From Alphaproteobacteria bacterium (GTDB lineage: Bacteria > Pseudomonadota > Alphaproteobacteria > Bin95): a stretch of 64,000 bases of DNA. Position numbers and translations under genes: made by a program. The stretch covers positions 2,592,001-2,656,000 of the forward strand of contig CBDBGH010000003.1 of NCBI GenBank assembly GCA_965205265.1. The letters run 5' to 3'. Shown one piece after another: positions 22,838 through 33,364 of the stretch. Position 1 is the stretch's first letter. Each line of letters opens with the position of its first letter. A model generated the notes under the pieces. The model saw only the letters and a program-made list of their open reading frames with translations. It was not told the DNA's origin and searched no databases.

Positions 22838-22992
22838 CCCTGCCCTCGCGAAAGCGGGGGCACCCCGGTTCCCCTTCAGCGTCACCCCGGCCGGAACGGA
22901 GCGAAGCGGAGTGGAGAGCCGGGGTCTCCCTGCGGCGTCGCCCCTGCCGCGGGAGGTCCCGGATCGGCGCTGACGCGCCGTCCGGGACGACG
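22838..22992. repeat. Cluster of REP-like hairpins
   Basis: ccctcgcgaaagcggggg; cgtcaccccggc...gccggggtctc; gaggtcccggatcggcgctgacgcgccgtccgggacgacg. Confidence 0.7.
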
Positions 22993-23083
22993 GCAAAAGC
23001 TCATGGGTTCTTGCATGTAGCCGCTGGTATAAGGCAAGCAGGATGGAGACGATCCCCGCCGCAAGCGGGAGGGCGGGCATGCT

Positions 23084-23680
23084 CTACCATCCACCGGCGC
23101 TCCCGCCCGCAGCGGCGGCCTCCCTTGCGGCGAGTTCTGCGGCCTCGCGGCGTTCCTGGCGGGCGAGCCAGTCGTAGAACGCGGGCGTGGTCAGCTTGCC
23201 CACATACTGGCGCTCGCCGAAGTTGTAGTAGTCCTCGCTGCCGTCGTAACTGTCCTCGTCGGGCACCAGCGGCCCGAAGCGGCGCTCCTGCTCCGCATGC
23301 CACGCCCGGAACTCCGGCGTCTGCTGGCTGCCGACATAGACCTCGTCGAAATAGTGGTATTCGTCCTCGCTGCCGTCATAGCCGGTCTCGGGCTCCGGCT
23401 CCGGAACCCAGTCGTCGAGGTCCTCCGCCGGTTCCCCGATGACTGCCGGCTCCGGCTCGGGCATGCGGGCGGCGGCCCAGTCGAGGAGGTTGAGGATCTG
23501 GCGCAGATGGGAGAGCGCGGCGCGCCCGGCGCGGTGACGGTCGGCCAGGGCGCGGTCGTCCTCCGGCGGCGGCGCTGCGTTCATGTCCTGGGCATAAGCT
23601 TCGGCAAGGGCTGCGGCGGCGGGCGCCAGCTTTTCGGCCAGCATCGCCGCCAGTGCGGGGCGGGGGTCGGTTGCGGTCAT
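23084..23680 (-). CDS. Orphan hypothetical protein (198 aa) of cassette B with two acidic/aromatic internal repeats
   Basis: GGAGGAGG RBS; helical N-terminus; YDGSED..YVG...TP.F..W...QERR occurs twice. Confidence 0.75.
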   Translation of the reverse strand: MTATDPRPALAAMLAEKLAPAAAALAEAYAQDMNAAPPPEDDRALADRHRAGRAALSHLRQILNLLDWAAARMPEPEPAVIGEPAEDLDDWVPEPEPETGYDGSEDEYHYFDEVYVGSQQTPEFRAWHAEQERRFGPLVPDEDSYDGSEDYYNFGERQYVGKLTTPAFYDWLARQERREAAELAAREAAAAGGSAGGW

Positions 23681-23699
23681 CGTCTCTCCTCCTCCGACG

Positions 23700-23905
23700 G
23701 GAAGCGGGTCCCTGTTTCGCGCGTCTCCCGCGCGGGCGCCTGTGCCGGCGCGGGCGGGCGTTACGCGGCGGCGCGGTTCGCGCGCCTGATTGCGCGCGCG
23801 AGGCGGCGGGCGCACGTCTCCCGTCGGCTTCCCAGGGGTTTTCAGAAAGTGGCGCCGCTCGGCCGCGCAGCACCCGGGGAGGCGGCTCCGGAGTCCGCTT
23901 CCCTG
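23700..23905 (-). other. Conserved structured leader / candidate ncRNA of cassette B
   Basis: Homologous to 11275-11470 (+). Confidence 0.65.
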
Positions 23906-23911
23906 GGGGCC

Positions 23912-23938
23912 ATCATACCATAATCCGCCAGATGTCAA
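23912..23938 (-). promoter_or_regulatory. Putative sigma70 promoter with extended -10 (cassette B)
   Basis: TTGACA (23938-33), N15, TATGAT (23917-12) preceded by TGg; same geometry as the cassette A promoter. Confidence 0.65.
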
Positions 23939-24006
23939 GCCCATACAGGGAACATAATTCAAAAATATCGGAAATTGTTCATATTATCGAAGGCAGGAAA
24001 GGGCAG

Positions 24007-24624
24007 TTATTGCGGACCCGCCTCCCGGCCGAGCAGAAGCCGGAGGCCGAGGCCGCCGAGGATGAGGGCGGCGGCGCGGTCGATATGGCGCTTCGCCCGC
24101 AAGTAGCGTTTTGCGACCGCCTGCGTGCTCATGCAGAAGGCGAGCGTCGAATAGAAGGCGACCTCCACCAGGAAATGATTGGCGACAACCAATGCACTCT
24201 GTGCCGCATCGAGCCCGGCGGGAAACACGGTGACCAGAACCGCCGCCGCGAAGAGCACCGACTTGGGATTGAGCAGGTTCACCAGGAAGCCCTGCCGGAA
24301 GGCGCGCGCCGCCGCCGGCGCTCGCGCCTCCACGGGCGTGGACGAGTTCCGCCACATCCTCCAGGCGAGCCAGACGAGATAGGCCGCGCCCGCGATCTTC
24401 GCCGCCGTGTGGACCGCCGGGAACAGCCGGAAGACGGCGCCGAGGCCGAGCAGCGCCATCCCCGTCCAGGCAGCCGCCATGCAGCCGAGGCCCGCGCCCA
24501 CCGCGATCCCCGCCCTTCTGCCGGCGCTGAGCGAGGTCTGCACGGCCATCAGCAGCGCCGGCCCGGGACTCGCAATCGCGGCCGCCAGCACGAGGTTGAA
24601 GGCAAGAAGCTGTTCGAGCGTCAT
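24007..24624 (-). CDS. LysE family translocator
   Basis: SPGPA, GAAYLVWLA, NLLNPK. Confidence 0.92.
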   Translation of the reverse strand: MTLEQLLAFNLVLAAAIASPGPALLMAVQTSLSAGRRAGIAVGAGLGCMAAAWTGMALLGLGAVFRLFPAVHTAAKIAGAAYLVWLAWRMWRNSSTPVEARAPAAARAFRQGFLVNLLNPKSVLFAAAVLVTVFPAGLDAAQSALVVANHFLVEVAFYSTLAFCMSTQAVAKRYLRAKRHIDRAAALILGGLGLRLLLGREAGPQ

Positions 24625-25127
24625 GCGTCTTCCTCTTGCCGGCCCCGCTGCGCCGTACTCATCCAGCGGCTCATGACCGTGCGCTTCTCGACGCCGTAGC
24701 CGAGGGTTTCGTAGAACCGGCGCACCGCCTCGTTTTCCTCGCGGATCATCAGCATGACCTTGGGCGCGCCGGCTCTGGCGAGCCAGGCTTCGGCATGGCG
24801 CATCAGCGCCGCGCCCAGGCCTTGCGAACGGTGCTGCGGCGCGACAGCGACATAATAGACCCAGCCCCGATGGCCCTCATATCCGGCCATGACGCTGCCC
24901 GCGACGCCGCCTTCGGCGGCGACGGCGACGAGAATCTCCGAGGAAGCGTTGGCGCGCGCCCGGGCAATGTCGCGGAACGGGTCGTTCCAGGGCCGCACCA
25001 GCCCGCATGTCCGCCAGAGCGCCGCGACCGCTTCCTCCTCCCCGTCCCGGACCGGCCGGATCGCGAACCCGCCCCGGCCCCGTTCTACCCCGCCACCCTG
25101 CATCCCGCCCTCGCCTGCAAGCGTCAT
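24621..25127 (-). CDS. GNAT family acetyltransferase (start uncertain)
   Basis: RPWNDP, GYEGHRGWVYY, RSQGLG, FYETLGY. Confidence 0.88.
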   Translation of the reverse strand: MTLAGEGGMQGGGVERGRGGFAIRPVRDGEEEAVAALWRTCGLVRPWNDPFRDIARARANASSEILVAVAAEGGVAGSVMAGYEGHRGWVYYVAVAPQHRSQGLGAALMRHAEAWLARAGAPKVMLMIREENEAVRRFYETLGYGVEKRTVMSRWMSTAQRGRQEEDA

Positions 25128-25221
25128 GGCTCAATAGTAGGCCACAGATTGCGCTCTGGCGCGGGCGCAGCGTTCGGGGCATCATCCGGGCGTTCCCCAT
25201 CGTTCACCGGAGGTCGGTCCC

Positions 25222-26439
25222 ATGGCTCGGCGCGGCATGAGTTTCGGCGTCTTCCTCGCTCCCTTCCACGCGCTCGGCGAAAACCCGACCGTCGCCATGA
25301 GCCGCGACATGGAGCTGATCGAGTGGCTCGACCATCTGGGCTATGACGAGGCCTGGATCGGCGAGCACCACTCCGCCGGCTGGGAGATCATCGCCGCCCC
25401 GGAGATCTTCATCGGCGCGGCGCTGGAGCGCACGAAGCACATAAAGCTCGGCTCGGGCGTCACCTCCCTTCCCTACCACCACCCGATGCTGGTGGCGCAA
25501 CGCTTCGTGCAGCTCGACCATATGAGCCGGGGGCGGACCATGCTCGGCTGCGGGCCGGGCGCACTGGTGACCGACGCCTACATGATGGGCATCAAGCCGA
25601 CCGACCAGCGCCGGCGGATGATCGAGTCCCTCGACGCCATCGTGGCGCTGCTGGAATGCGGCGAGCCGGTGACGATGGAGACCGACTGGTTCACGCTCCG
25701 CGAAGCGCGGCTGCATCTGGCGCCCTGGACCGAGGGGCGCTTCCCGATCGCGGTCGCCTCCACCATCACCCCCTTCGGCATGATGGCCGCCGGGCGCCAC
25801 GGCATCGGCGTGCTGTCCATCGGGGCCGGCATTCCGGGCGGGCCGGAAATGCTGGCGAAGCAGTGGCGGATCGCCGAGGAGGAGGCCGAGAAGCACGGCA
25901 AGACCATGGACCGCAGGGACTGGCGCGTGGTCGTCAACATGCATCTGGCGGAGGACGACGAGGAGGCGCTCCGCCAGGTCCACGCCGGCGAACGGCTTGA
26001 AACCGTGACCTATTTCGAGGAGACGCTCGGCCGTCCGCCCGGCCGCGCCGACAACCCTGTCCGCGAAGGCGTGAAGATGGGCACGACCCTGATCGGCTCG
26101 CCGGAGACCGCCATCAGGGGCATCGAATATCTGCTGGAGCTCTCCAAGGGCGGCTTCGGCGGCATCCTCTTCCGCGCGAACGAGTGGGCGAACCGCGAGG
26201 ACACGATGAAGAGCTACGAGCTGTTCGCCCGCTATGTGGCGCCCCGCTTCCAGGGCTCGATGGACACGCTCCACGGCTCCAACGCCTTCGTGCGCGAGAA
26301 CCGGCTGCGCGTGCTGGAGGGCAATGTCGAGGCGGTCAGGCGCGCCTTTACTGACACCGGCCGCGAAGTCCCCGCCGGCTTCGAGGACCGCACGCTCGGC
26401 GCCGGCGATCTGCCGAAGGACGAAGACGCGGCGGAATAG
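25222..26439 (+). CDS. LLM class flavin-dependent monooxygenase (limonene 1,2-monooxygenase-like)
   Basis: FGVFLAPFH, WIGEHHSAGWE, SLPYHHP. Confidence 0.9.
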   Translation: MARRGMSFGVFLAPFHALGENPTVAMSRDMELIEWLDHLGYDEAWIGEHHSAGWEIIAAPEIFIGAALERTKHIKLGSGVTSLPYHHPMLVAQRFVQLDHMSRGRTMLGCGPGALVTDAYMMGIKPTDQRRRMIESLDAIVALLECGEPVTMETDWFTLREARLHLAPWTEGRFPIAVASTITPFGMMAAGRHGIGVLSIGAGIPGGPEMLAKQWRIAEEEAEKHGKTMDRRDWRVVVNMHLAEDDEEALRQVHAGERLETVTYFEETLGRPPGRADNPVREGVKMGTTLIGSPETAIRGIEYLLELSKGGFGGILFRANEWANREDTMKSYELFARYVAPRFQGSMDTLHGSNAFVRENRLRVLEGNVEAVRRAFTDTGREVPAGFEDRTLGAGDLPKDEDAAE

Positions 26440-26489
26440 CGGGGCAGAAGCCGCGCTCTTCCTGGCCGCAGACGACAGAGACACGGTAC

Positions 26490-27284
26490 ATGCCCCTGGC
26501 GCAGATCGACGGCGGCGACATCCGCTATGAGGAACGCGGCGGCGGGCCGCCGCTGGCGATGCTGCTGCCGCAGAGCGGCGGGCCGGTCGGCGTCGGCCCG
26601 TTCCTCGAGCGGCTGGCGGCGCGCTTCCGGGTCATCCGCTACGACCAGCGCGGCACCGGCCGGAGCGCGCCCGCGCCTGCGCCCGATGGCATGAGCATGG
26701 CGGGCCGCGCGGGGGAACTGGAAGGGCTGTTCGACGCGCTCGGGATCGACCGGGCGCACCTGTTCTGCCACTCCACCGGCTGCGGTATCGGCCTGGCGTT
26801 TGCCGCCGCCCGCCCGGACCGGGTGGCGGGTCTGGCGCTGGCCAATCCGTGGAGCCACGGCGACGCGCATCTGGCAACGATGCAACGCCTGCGCGTGGCG
26901 GCCGCGCGGGCGCTCGACCCGTACCGCTACGCCTGGTTCAATGCGAGCCTGCTGTTCCCGCCCGACTACCGGCGCGCGCATGCCCAGGCGTTCGAGCGGA
27001 TGGCGAGGAACGCGTCCCCGCAGGACGCCGAGGGGATCGAGGCCCGGCTGGAAGCGATCCTGGCGTTCGACGCCCGCCCGCTCGCGCCGGGCCTCTCCTG
27101 CCCCGCCCTGATAGCCACCGCGGCCGACGACCAGCTGATGCCGCCCTGGTTCGGCGCGCAGCTGGCGGCCCTCATTCCCGGCGCGGTCCATCTGGCGCTG
27201 GACGGGGGCGGCCACATGCTGCCGGAAACGCGCGCCGACGCGCTGGCCGGCGCGGTGCTCGATTTCCTGGGTCCGGCCGCCTGA
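26490..27284 (+). CDS. Alpha/beta hydrolase (RutD-like)
   Basis: YDQRGTGRS, CHSTG nucleophile elbow, GGGH. Confidence 0.85.
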   Translation: MPLAQIDGGDIRYEERGGGPPLAMLLPQSGGPVGVGPFLERLAARFRVIRYDQRGTGRSAPAPAPDGMSMAGRAGELEGLFDALGIDRAHLFCHSTGCGIGLAFAAARPDRVAGLALANPWSHGDAHLATMQRLRVAAARALDPYRYAWFNASLLFPPDYRRAHAQAFERMARNASPQDAEGIEARLEAILAFDARPLAPGLSCPALIATAADDQLMPPWFGAQLAALIPGAVHLALDGGGHMLPETRADALAGAVLDFLGPAA

Positions 27285-27308
27285 GCCCTCCGGAAGCGCC
27301 GGTCCCGC

Positions 27309-28694
27309 TCAGAACGCCGCCAGTTCCTCCCCGAGGCGGGTGAGGACGGAGTCGAGGCGGTCCACGGCCTCGTCGATCTCGTCCCGGTCGATGCAGAGCG
27401 GCGGGGCGACCGGGATGACATGGCCCGCGCGGCCGAGCATCCGGTGCCCGCGCATGAGCCGGACGGCGCGCCTGTCCAACTCCGCCTCCTTCGGGAACGG
27501 CTCGCGCGTCTCGCGGTCCTTCACAAGCTCCACGGCCGAGAGCAGCCCCATGCCGCCGCGCACATCGCCCACGATTTCGTGCTTGCGGAGGTTCTGCAGG
27601 CGCGCGAACAGGTAGTCGCCCATCTCGCGCGAGCGCGCCGCCATGTCCTCGCCCTCCATGATGTCGAGATTGGCGAGCGCCGCAGCGCAGGAGGCCGGAT
27701 TGCCCCCGAAGGTAATGAGATGCTGGAACACATTGTCCTCGCCGGAGAAGGCGTCCGCGACCTTGCCCGTCGCGACGGCCGCGCCGATGGGCAGGTAGCC
27801 GCTGGTGAGCGCCTTGGCCACGGTGAAGATGTCGGGCTTCACCCCCCAATGCTCCATCGCGAACATGCGGCCCGTCCGGCAGAAGCCGGTGATGACCTCG
27901 TCGGCGATCAGCAGCACGCCGTAGCGGTCGCAGATCTCGCGCAGCTGCGGCCAGTAGTCCGGGTCGGGCACGTGGATGCCCGCCGCCGCCGAGACCGGCT
28001 CGGCGATGACGGCCGCCACCGTCGCCGGGCCCTCATGCAGGATCGCGCGCTCCACGTCGCGGGCGCATTCCAGGCTGCACGGCCCCGCCTCCGCGCACAG
28101 GTGGCAGCGATAGGCCCCCGGCTGGGCGACATGGATATTGCCCGGCACGAGCGGGCCGAAATGCATCGGCACGCTGCCGCCGCCCGGCCCGCCGCGCCCA
28201 AGGCTGGTGCAGGCCAGCGTGGCGCCGTGATAGGAGCCGCGCCGGGAGAGCACCTTCCAGCGCGTCGGCTCGCCGTTCAGGTGGTGGTAGTTCTTGGCAA
28301 GCTTGAGCGCGGTTTCGTTCGCCTCCGAGCCGCCGGACACGAAATAGACCCGCGCCGCCTCATCCTGGCTGAGCCGCGCGAGCCTGCCGGAAAGTGCGGC
28401 CGTCGCCGGGCTCACCGTGTCGCCCGGCGAGAAGGCGAGCTCCAGCATCTGGCGATAGACCGCATCCGCAATCTCCTGGCGCCCGTGGCCGATATTCACC
28501 AGCCAGAGGCCGGACATGGTGTCGAACCAGCGCTCGCCCTCGCCATCGATCACCCACACCCCCTTGCCGCGGGTGACAAGTTGCAGGCCCGTGGCGCCCG
28601 AAACGGTCCCCGCCGGGCGGGAATGCGGCCAGAAATGCGCCTCGGCATCGGCGCGCGCGCGTTCGAGATCCGGGGCGTTGGCGAAGTCGGGCAT
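27309..28694 (-). CDS. Class III PLP-dependent aminotransferase
   Basis: [29 protein letters not shown]. Confidence 0.93.
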   Translation of the reverse strand: MPDFANAPDLERARADAEAHFWPHSRPAGTVSGATGLQLVTRGKGVWVIDGEGERWFDTMSGLWLVNIGHGRQEIADAVYRQMLELAFSPGDTVSPATAALSGRLARLSQDEAARVYFVSGGSEANETALKLAKNYHHLNGEPTRWKVLSRRGSYHGATLACTSLGRGGPGGGSVPMHFGPLVPGNIHVAQPGAYRCHLCAEAGPCSLECARDVERAILHEGPATVAAVIAEPVSAAAGIHVPDPDYWPQLREICDRYGVLLIADEVITGFCRTGRMFAMEHWGVKPDIFTVAKALTSGYLPIGAAVATGKVADAFSGEDNVFQHLITFGGNPASCAAALANLDIMEGEDMAARSREMGDYLFARLQNLRKHEIVGDVRGGMGLLSAVELVKDRETREPFPKEAELDRRAVRLMRGHRMLGRAGHVIPVAPPLCIDRDEIDEAVDRLDSVLTRLGEELAAF

Positions 28695-28726
28695 GAACCG
28701 GGTCTCCCTCCTGTCGGCGCCGGACC

Positions 28727-29536
28727 CTACCACCCCTCCCCCGCTTCATACAGCGCCCGCAGCCCTTCCCGGTAGCCCGGATAGCTGAGGCGGACGCCGA
28801 GTTCGGCCTTGATGCGGGCGTTGGAGACGCGCTTGCTGTCCCGGTAGAAGCTGGCGGCCATGGGCGAGAGGTCCGCGCTCTCGAAGGGCTCGGCCGGAGG
28901 CGGCTCCAGACCGAGCAGGCGGCAGGCGAATTCGGTGACTGCCGCGGGCGGGGCCGGCCTGTCGTCGGCGAGATTGTAGGCGCGGCCGGGATTCGGGCGC
29001 GCGATGGAGGCCGCCAGCACCGCCGCGATGTCGTCCACATGGATGCGGGAGAACACCTGGCCCGGCTTGACGATCCGCCGCGCCCGCCCGGCCCTCGCGG
29101 CCGCCAGCGCGTTGCGGCCGGGCCCGTAAATGCCCGCGATGCGAAACACATGCAGCGGCAGGCCGAACGCGCGCCACGCGGCTTCCGCCTGCACCCGCCG
29201 GCGGCCCCGTTCCCCCGTCGGCAGGAGCGGGCTTTCCTCATCGACCCAGCCGCCGCCCCGGTCCCCGTAAACGCCGGTGGTCGAGAGGTAGCCTGCCCAG
29301 AGGAGCCCCGGCGGCGCCTCGAAGCCTGGCAGGAAGGGGTCGCCCGCTTCGCCCGGCGGGGCGGAGACGAGGAGATGCGTCGCCCCGGCCCGCCCGAAGC
29401 GGTTCCAGCCGCGCGCGGCGAAGCGCTCCGCCTTGCCGGGATCGCGCGTCGTGCCCGCGATCTCCCAGCCCTCCGACGCCAGCCGGAGCGCCAGCCGCTC
29501 CGCCGAATAGCCGAGGCCGTGGACGAAAAGCCTCAC
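28727..29536 (-). CDS. NAD-dependent epimerase/extended SDR
   Basis: GLGYS, YLSTTGVYGD, IYGPGRN, FSRIHVDD; GTG start inferred. Confidence 0.87.
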   Translation of the reverse strand: MRLFVHGLGYSAERLALRLASEGWEIAGTTRDPGKAERFAARGWNRFGRAGATHLLVSAPPGEAGDPFLPGFEAPPGLLWAGYLSTTGVYGDRGGGWVDEESPLLPTGERGRRRVQAEAAWRAFGLPLHVFRIAGIYGPGRNALAAARAGRARRIVKPGQVFSRIHVDDIAAVLAASIARPNPGRAYNLADDRPAPPAAVTEFACRLLGLEPPPAEPFESADLSPMAASFYRDSKRVSNARIKAELGVRLSYPGYREGLRALYEAGEGW

Positions 29537-29540
29537 CGGC

Positions 29541-30209
29541 TCAGAAGTCGAGGTCCGCGTAATGGGGGGCCGGCCGCCAGCCCGGCACCCGGTCCGACAG
29601 CAGCGGCCGGACCGACGGGCGCGACTTGAACCGCGCATACCATTCATACGCCGTCGGATGATCGGGCCAGGAAACCGCGCCCATATAGTCGAGCGAGGAC
29701 AGATGTGCGCCGGCCGCAACATCGGCAAGCAAGAAATGGTCGCCTGCCAGCCAGTGCCGCTCCGACAGCAGCATGTCGATATAGCGCAGATGCTGCTCCA
29801 GATTGAGCACGCCGGCGCGCACGAATTCCGAATTCGGCGGCCCGTGCCCCGCCAACCGTTTCATGATGCGCTCGCGGTAGAGGTAGTCGGTCACTTCGGA
29901 CGCGAATTTGGCGTCGAACCAGAGGGCGAGGCGGCGGATTTCCGCCCTTGCCACGGGCCCTGCGTCCAGCAACATCGGGGCTTCGGCCGTCTCCTCCAGA
30001 TATTCGACGATGGCCTGGCTCTCCGCCAGCGCATGGCCGTCGTCCAGCAGCAGCACCGGCACCGTCCCCGCCGGATTGAGTGCGACGAAGGCCTCGCGCC
30101 GCTCCCAGACCGGTTCTTCCTCCAGCGCGAACGGGACCTTGAGCTCGCCCAGCACGACACGAACCTTGCGGCAATAGGGCGAGAGCGGCAGATGAAGCAG
30201 GGTCGTCAT
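29541..30209 (-). CDS. fzlA: Glutathione S-transferase family protein, FtsZ-binding FzlA-like
   Basis: SPYCRKVR, LNPAGTVPVL, KSRPS, HYADLDF C-terminus; next to uppP. Confidence 0.75.
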   Translation of the reverse strand: MTTLLHLPLSPYCRKVRVVLGELKVPFALEEEPVWERREAFVALNPAGTVPVLLLDDGHALAESQAIVEYLEETAEAPMLLDAGPVARAEIRRLALWFDAKFASEVTDYLYRERIMKRLAGHGPPNSEFVRAGVLNLEQHLRYIDMLLSERHWLAGDHFLLADVAAGAHLSSLDYMGAVSWPDHPTAYEWYARFKSRPSVRPLLSDRVPGWRPAPHYADLDF

Positions 30210-30296
30210 ATACGCCACCGGATGCGGTGCCGCAGTTTAACCCGCAACGGCACGCCGGTGCTATATCCTCACGGCCTTCCGGGGTCGGGATCGCCC

Positions 30297-31106
30297 TTGC
30301 CGCTATACCTCATCGTCCTTCTCGCGCTCGTCCAGGGCGTAACCGAGTTCCTGCCGGTCAGCTCCTCGGCGCATCTGGTGCTCGTCCACGCCGCTTTCGG
30401 GGAGCACCGCCCGGAGGAGGCCGCCGCGCTTGTCCTCGATGTCGCAGTGCATCTCGGCACGCTCGGCGCGGTGCTGGTCTATTTCCGCCGCGATATCGCC
30501 CGGCTGGCCGCCGCGGGCCTCGCAGGCCTCGCCGGACCCCGGCCCGAGGGCTGGGCGCTCGGCTGGCAGGTGGCGGCGGCGGCGGTTCCGGTCGCGGGCG
30601 CGGGCGCGCTGCTCAAGGACACGGTCGCGGCGGACCTCCGCAGCATCGAGGTAATCGCCTGGGCCACGCTTCTGTTCGGCCTGGTCCTCTGGGCCGCCGA
30701 CCGCTGGGGCCAGCGGACGAAACGGCTCGATTCGCTGCGCCTGCCCCATGCGCTCGCCATCGGCACGGCGCAGGTCCTGGCGCTGGCGCCGGGGGTCAGC
30801 CGCTCCGGCATCACCATGACGGCGGCGCTGGCGCTGGGCTTCGAGCGGGCGGAGGCGGCGCGCTTCTCCCTCCTGCTCTCGATCCCGGTCATTCTGGGCG
30901 CCGGGCTGTGGACCGCACGGGACCTGGCCCGCATGGGCGACCCCTCCATCGCGGCGGCCGCCGGGCTTGCCGCCCTTCTGGCCTTCCTGGCCGCGTTGGC
31001 AGCGATTGCCGCGATGATGCGCTGGCTCGCCCGCGCGAGCTTCGCGCCCTTCGTCGTCTATCGCCTCCTGCTCGGCGGGCTGCTGCTCGCCTGGGCCTAT
31101 TCCTGA
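30297..31106 (+). CDS. uppP: Undecaprenyl-diphosphate phosphatase
   Basis: VQGVTEFLPVSSSAH, PGVSRSG, AARFS; TTG start inferred. Confidence 0.92.
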   Translation: MPLYLIVLLALVQGVTEFLPVSSSAHLVLVHAAFGEHRPEEAAALVLDVAVHLGTLGAVLVYFRRDIARLAAAGLAGLAGPRPEGWALGWQVAAAAVPVAGAGALLKDTVAADLRSIEVIAWATLLFGLVLWAADRWGQRTKRLDSLRLPHALAIGTAQVLALAPGVSRSGITMTAALALGFERAEAARFSLLLSIPVILGAGLWTARDLARMGDPSIAAAAGLAALLAFLAALAAIAAMMRWLARASFAPFVVYRLLLGGLLLAWAYS

Positions 31107-31139
31107 CCTTCCGGCCCGCAGGAAGAAAGGACCGCCCCC

Positions 31140-32339
31140 GTGACCGCTCTCGAAGGCATTCGCGTCGTCGATCTCACCCGCGTGCTGTCCGGCCCCTGGT
31201 GCGCGATGCAGCTTGCCGATCTCGGCGCGGAGGTGCTCAAGATCGAGAACCCCGCCGGCGGCGACGACACGCGCAGCTTCCTCTCTCCCGCCCGGGACGG
31301 CCACTCGACCTATTTCCTGACCGTCAACCGCAACAAGAAGAGCGTTGCCGTCGACATCACCCGGCCGGAGGGCGCCGAAATCGTGCGGGAGCTTGCGCGC
31401 CGCTCCGACGTGCTGCTGGAGAACGCGCGCACCGGCACGCTTGACCGGCGGGGCCTCGGCCACGAAGCGCTGGCGGCGGAAAATCCGGGCCTCGTCTATT
31501 GCTCCGTCTCCGGCTACGGGCGCAGCGGCACGCTCGCCGACAGGCCCGGCTACGACCCCGTGGCGCAGGGCGAGAGCGGCTTCATGTCGCTGACCGGCGA
31601 GCCCGACGGCCCGCCCATGCGCACCGGCGTATCGCTGGTGGACATCATGGCCGGCATGTATGCGGCCCAGGCGGTGCTGGCGGCCCTGGTCGCGCGCGGG
31701 CGCACCGGCCGGGGCCAGCGCATCGACGTGCCGCTGTTCGACACCGCCGTCGCCATGACCTCCCACGCCGCGACCGCCTGGCTCGAAGGCAGGGTGGATA
31801 TCGGCCGGCCGGGGAACTCGAACCTTGTTGCGATGCCCGCCGGCCTGTTCGAGGCCTCGGACGGGCCGGTGATGATTACGGTGACGACCGACCGGCTGTT
31901 CCGGCGCCTGGCTGCGGAAGTGTTCCGCCGCCCCGAACTCGCCGACGACCCGGCTTACGCGACCAATGCCGCGCGCATGGAAAACCGCGCGGCGCTGACC
32001 GGGGCGATGAACGACATATTGAAGGCCGACACGCGCAATGCGTGGATCGCCCGGATGCGGGCCGCCGGCATTCCCGGCGGGCCGGTGCGCAGCGTGCCGG
32101 AAGCCTTCGCGTCCGACGAGATGGCCGAGCGCGGCATGGTCGCGACGCAGACGCACAGCGCGCTCGGCGAGGTACGGGCCGTGCGCTCCCCGGTGTCGCT
32201 CTCCGGGACGCCGGTCCGGAAGCCCGCCGGCGCGCCGCTGCTCGGCGAGCACACCGAAGCCTGCCTTTCCGAACTGCTCGGATATTCGCCCGGAAGACTC
32301 GCCCGGCTCCGTCGCGAGGGCACGATTCTGCAGGCTTGA
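31140..32339 (+). CDS. CaiB/BaiF family CoA-transferase
   Basis: DLTRVLSGP, GDDTR, NRNKKS, PGYD. Confidence 0.93.
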   Translation: MTALEGIRVVDLTRVLSGPWCAMQLADLGAEVLKIENPAGGDDTRSFLSPARDGHSTYFLTVNRNKKSVAVDITRPEGAEIVRELARRSDVLLENARTGTLDRRGLGHEALAAENPGLVYCSVSGYGRSGTLADRPGYDPVAQGESGFMSLTGEPDGPPMRTGVSLVDIMAGMYAAQAVLAALVARGRTGRGQRIDVPLFDTAVAMTSHAATAWLEGRVDIGRPGNSNLVAMPAGLFEASDGPVMITVTTDRLFRRLAAEVFRRPELADDPAYATNAARMENRAALTGAMNDILKADTRNAWIARMRAAGIPGGPVRSVPEAFASDEMAERGMVATQTHSALGEVRAVRSPVSLSGTPVRKPAGAPLLGEHTEACLSELLGYSPGRLARLRREGTILQA

Positions 32340-32346
32340 ACAGAGC

Positions 32347-32380
32347 AAAACGCCCCGCCGTTTCCGACGGGGCGTTCGTT
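32347..32380. terminator. Intrinsic terminator between convergent genes
   Basis: aaaacgccccgccg-tttc-cgacggggcgtt hairpin. Confidence 0.75.
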
Positions 32381-32414
32381 GCCGTTCGGCCGGTCCTGCC
32401 GGCCGGTTGCGGAC

Positions 32415-33266
32415 CTATTTGGAGAGGCGGATAACGACCCGCCGGTTCAACACTTCGCGGGTGTTGTCCGGAGTCTTGATCGCAAGGTCGCCCTCACCCA
32501 CCGCCGTCACGGCGACGCGGTCTTCCGGAACGAGCAGGTCGAGGGTGAAGACCTCATAGACCGCCTTGGCCCGCATCTCGGAAAGCTTCTGGTTGTATTT
32601 GGCCGAGCCGCTGGTGTCGGTATGGCCGGAGACGTTCACCATCGCGCCCTTGACCTTGCCGAAGGACGTGTAGGCCTTGTTGATCTCCTGCTGGGCCGCT
32701 GCGGTGATCGCGGCGCTATCCCAGGCGAAATAGATCTCCCACGGACCCATATCGACCGGCTTCTTCGGCTTCGGCGGCGGCGGTCGCAGCGCATCTTCCG
32801 CGGCGTCCGCGCCTTCCATGAACATTGCCTTGCAGCTGGCGATATCGCCGGGCTGGAAGTTCTCCTCCAGCTCCTGCAGCCAGCAATCGAAGCCGACCTG
32901 CGCCATGGCCGTGGCAGCGCCGGCCTTTTCGCGCCCGCCATCGTCCAGAATGGTCTCGAGACGCGCCTGGGCGATTTCCACTTCGAGCTTGGCGTCGGCC
33001 GGCAGCGCGCGTCCGGACGGCTGCTCCAGCATGACGTCGGCGCCGCCCGCAACCGCCAGCACGCGGTCGGCGAAGACCCGGGCGTCCTGCCAGTCGCCTT
33101 CGGCGGCTTCCATGTCCGCAAGCTTCTTGTAGCCCTCGATCAGCCCCATCTGGAAGTCGGACCCGGTCGCCTCGGCCATCTGCGCATCTTTCAGGCTCGA
33201 TGCGCATCCCCCGAGCGCAAGCGCAGCGGCCCCGACCACAACATAGGCAGTGATCCGTGACAGCAT
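32415..33266 (-). CDS. OmpA family lipoprotein
   Basis: Lipobox LGGC; IYFAWDS, GHTDTSG..YNQKLS..RA, NRRV. Confidence 0.9.
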   Translation of the reverse strand: MLSRITAYVVVGAAALALGGCASSLKDAQMAEATGSDFQMGLIEGYKKLADMEAAEGDWQDARVFADRVLAVAGGADVMLEQPSGRALPADAKLEVEIAQARLETILDDGGREKAGAATAMAQVGFDCWLQELEENFQPGDIASCKAMFMEGADAAEDALRPPPPKPKKPVDMGPWEIYFAWDSAAITAAAQQEINKAYTSFGKVKGAMVNVSGHTDTSGSAKYNQKLSEMRAKAVYEVFTLDLLVPEDRVAVTAVGEGDLAIKTPDNTREVLNRRVVIRLSK

Positions 33267-33364
33267 GTTATTTCCTCGCGATTGGCGTTTGTTCAACTAG
33301 CGGGCGGCCCATCGGCCCAGCCGGCTGCCATGATAAAGACTTATGCCCGGTTCGCAAACATTAA

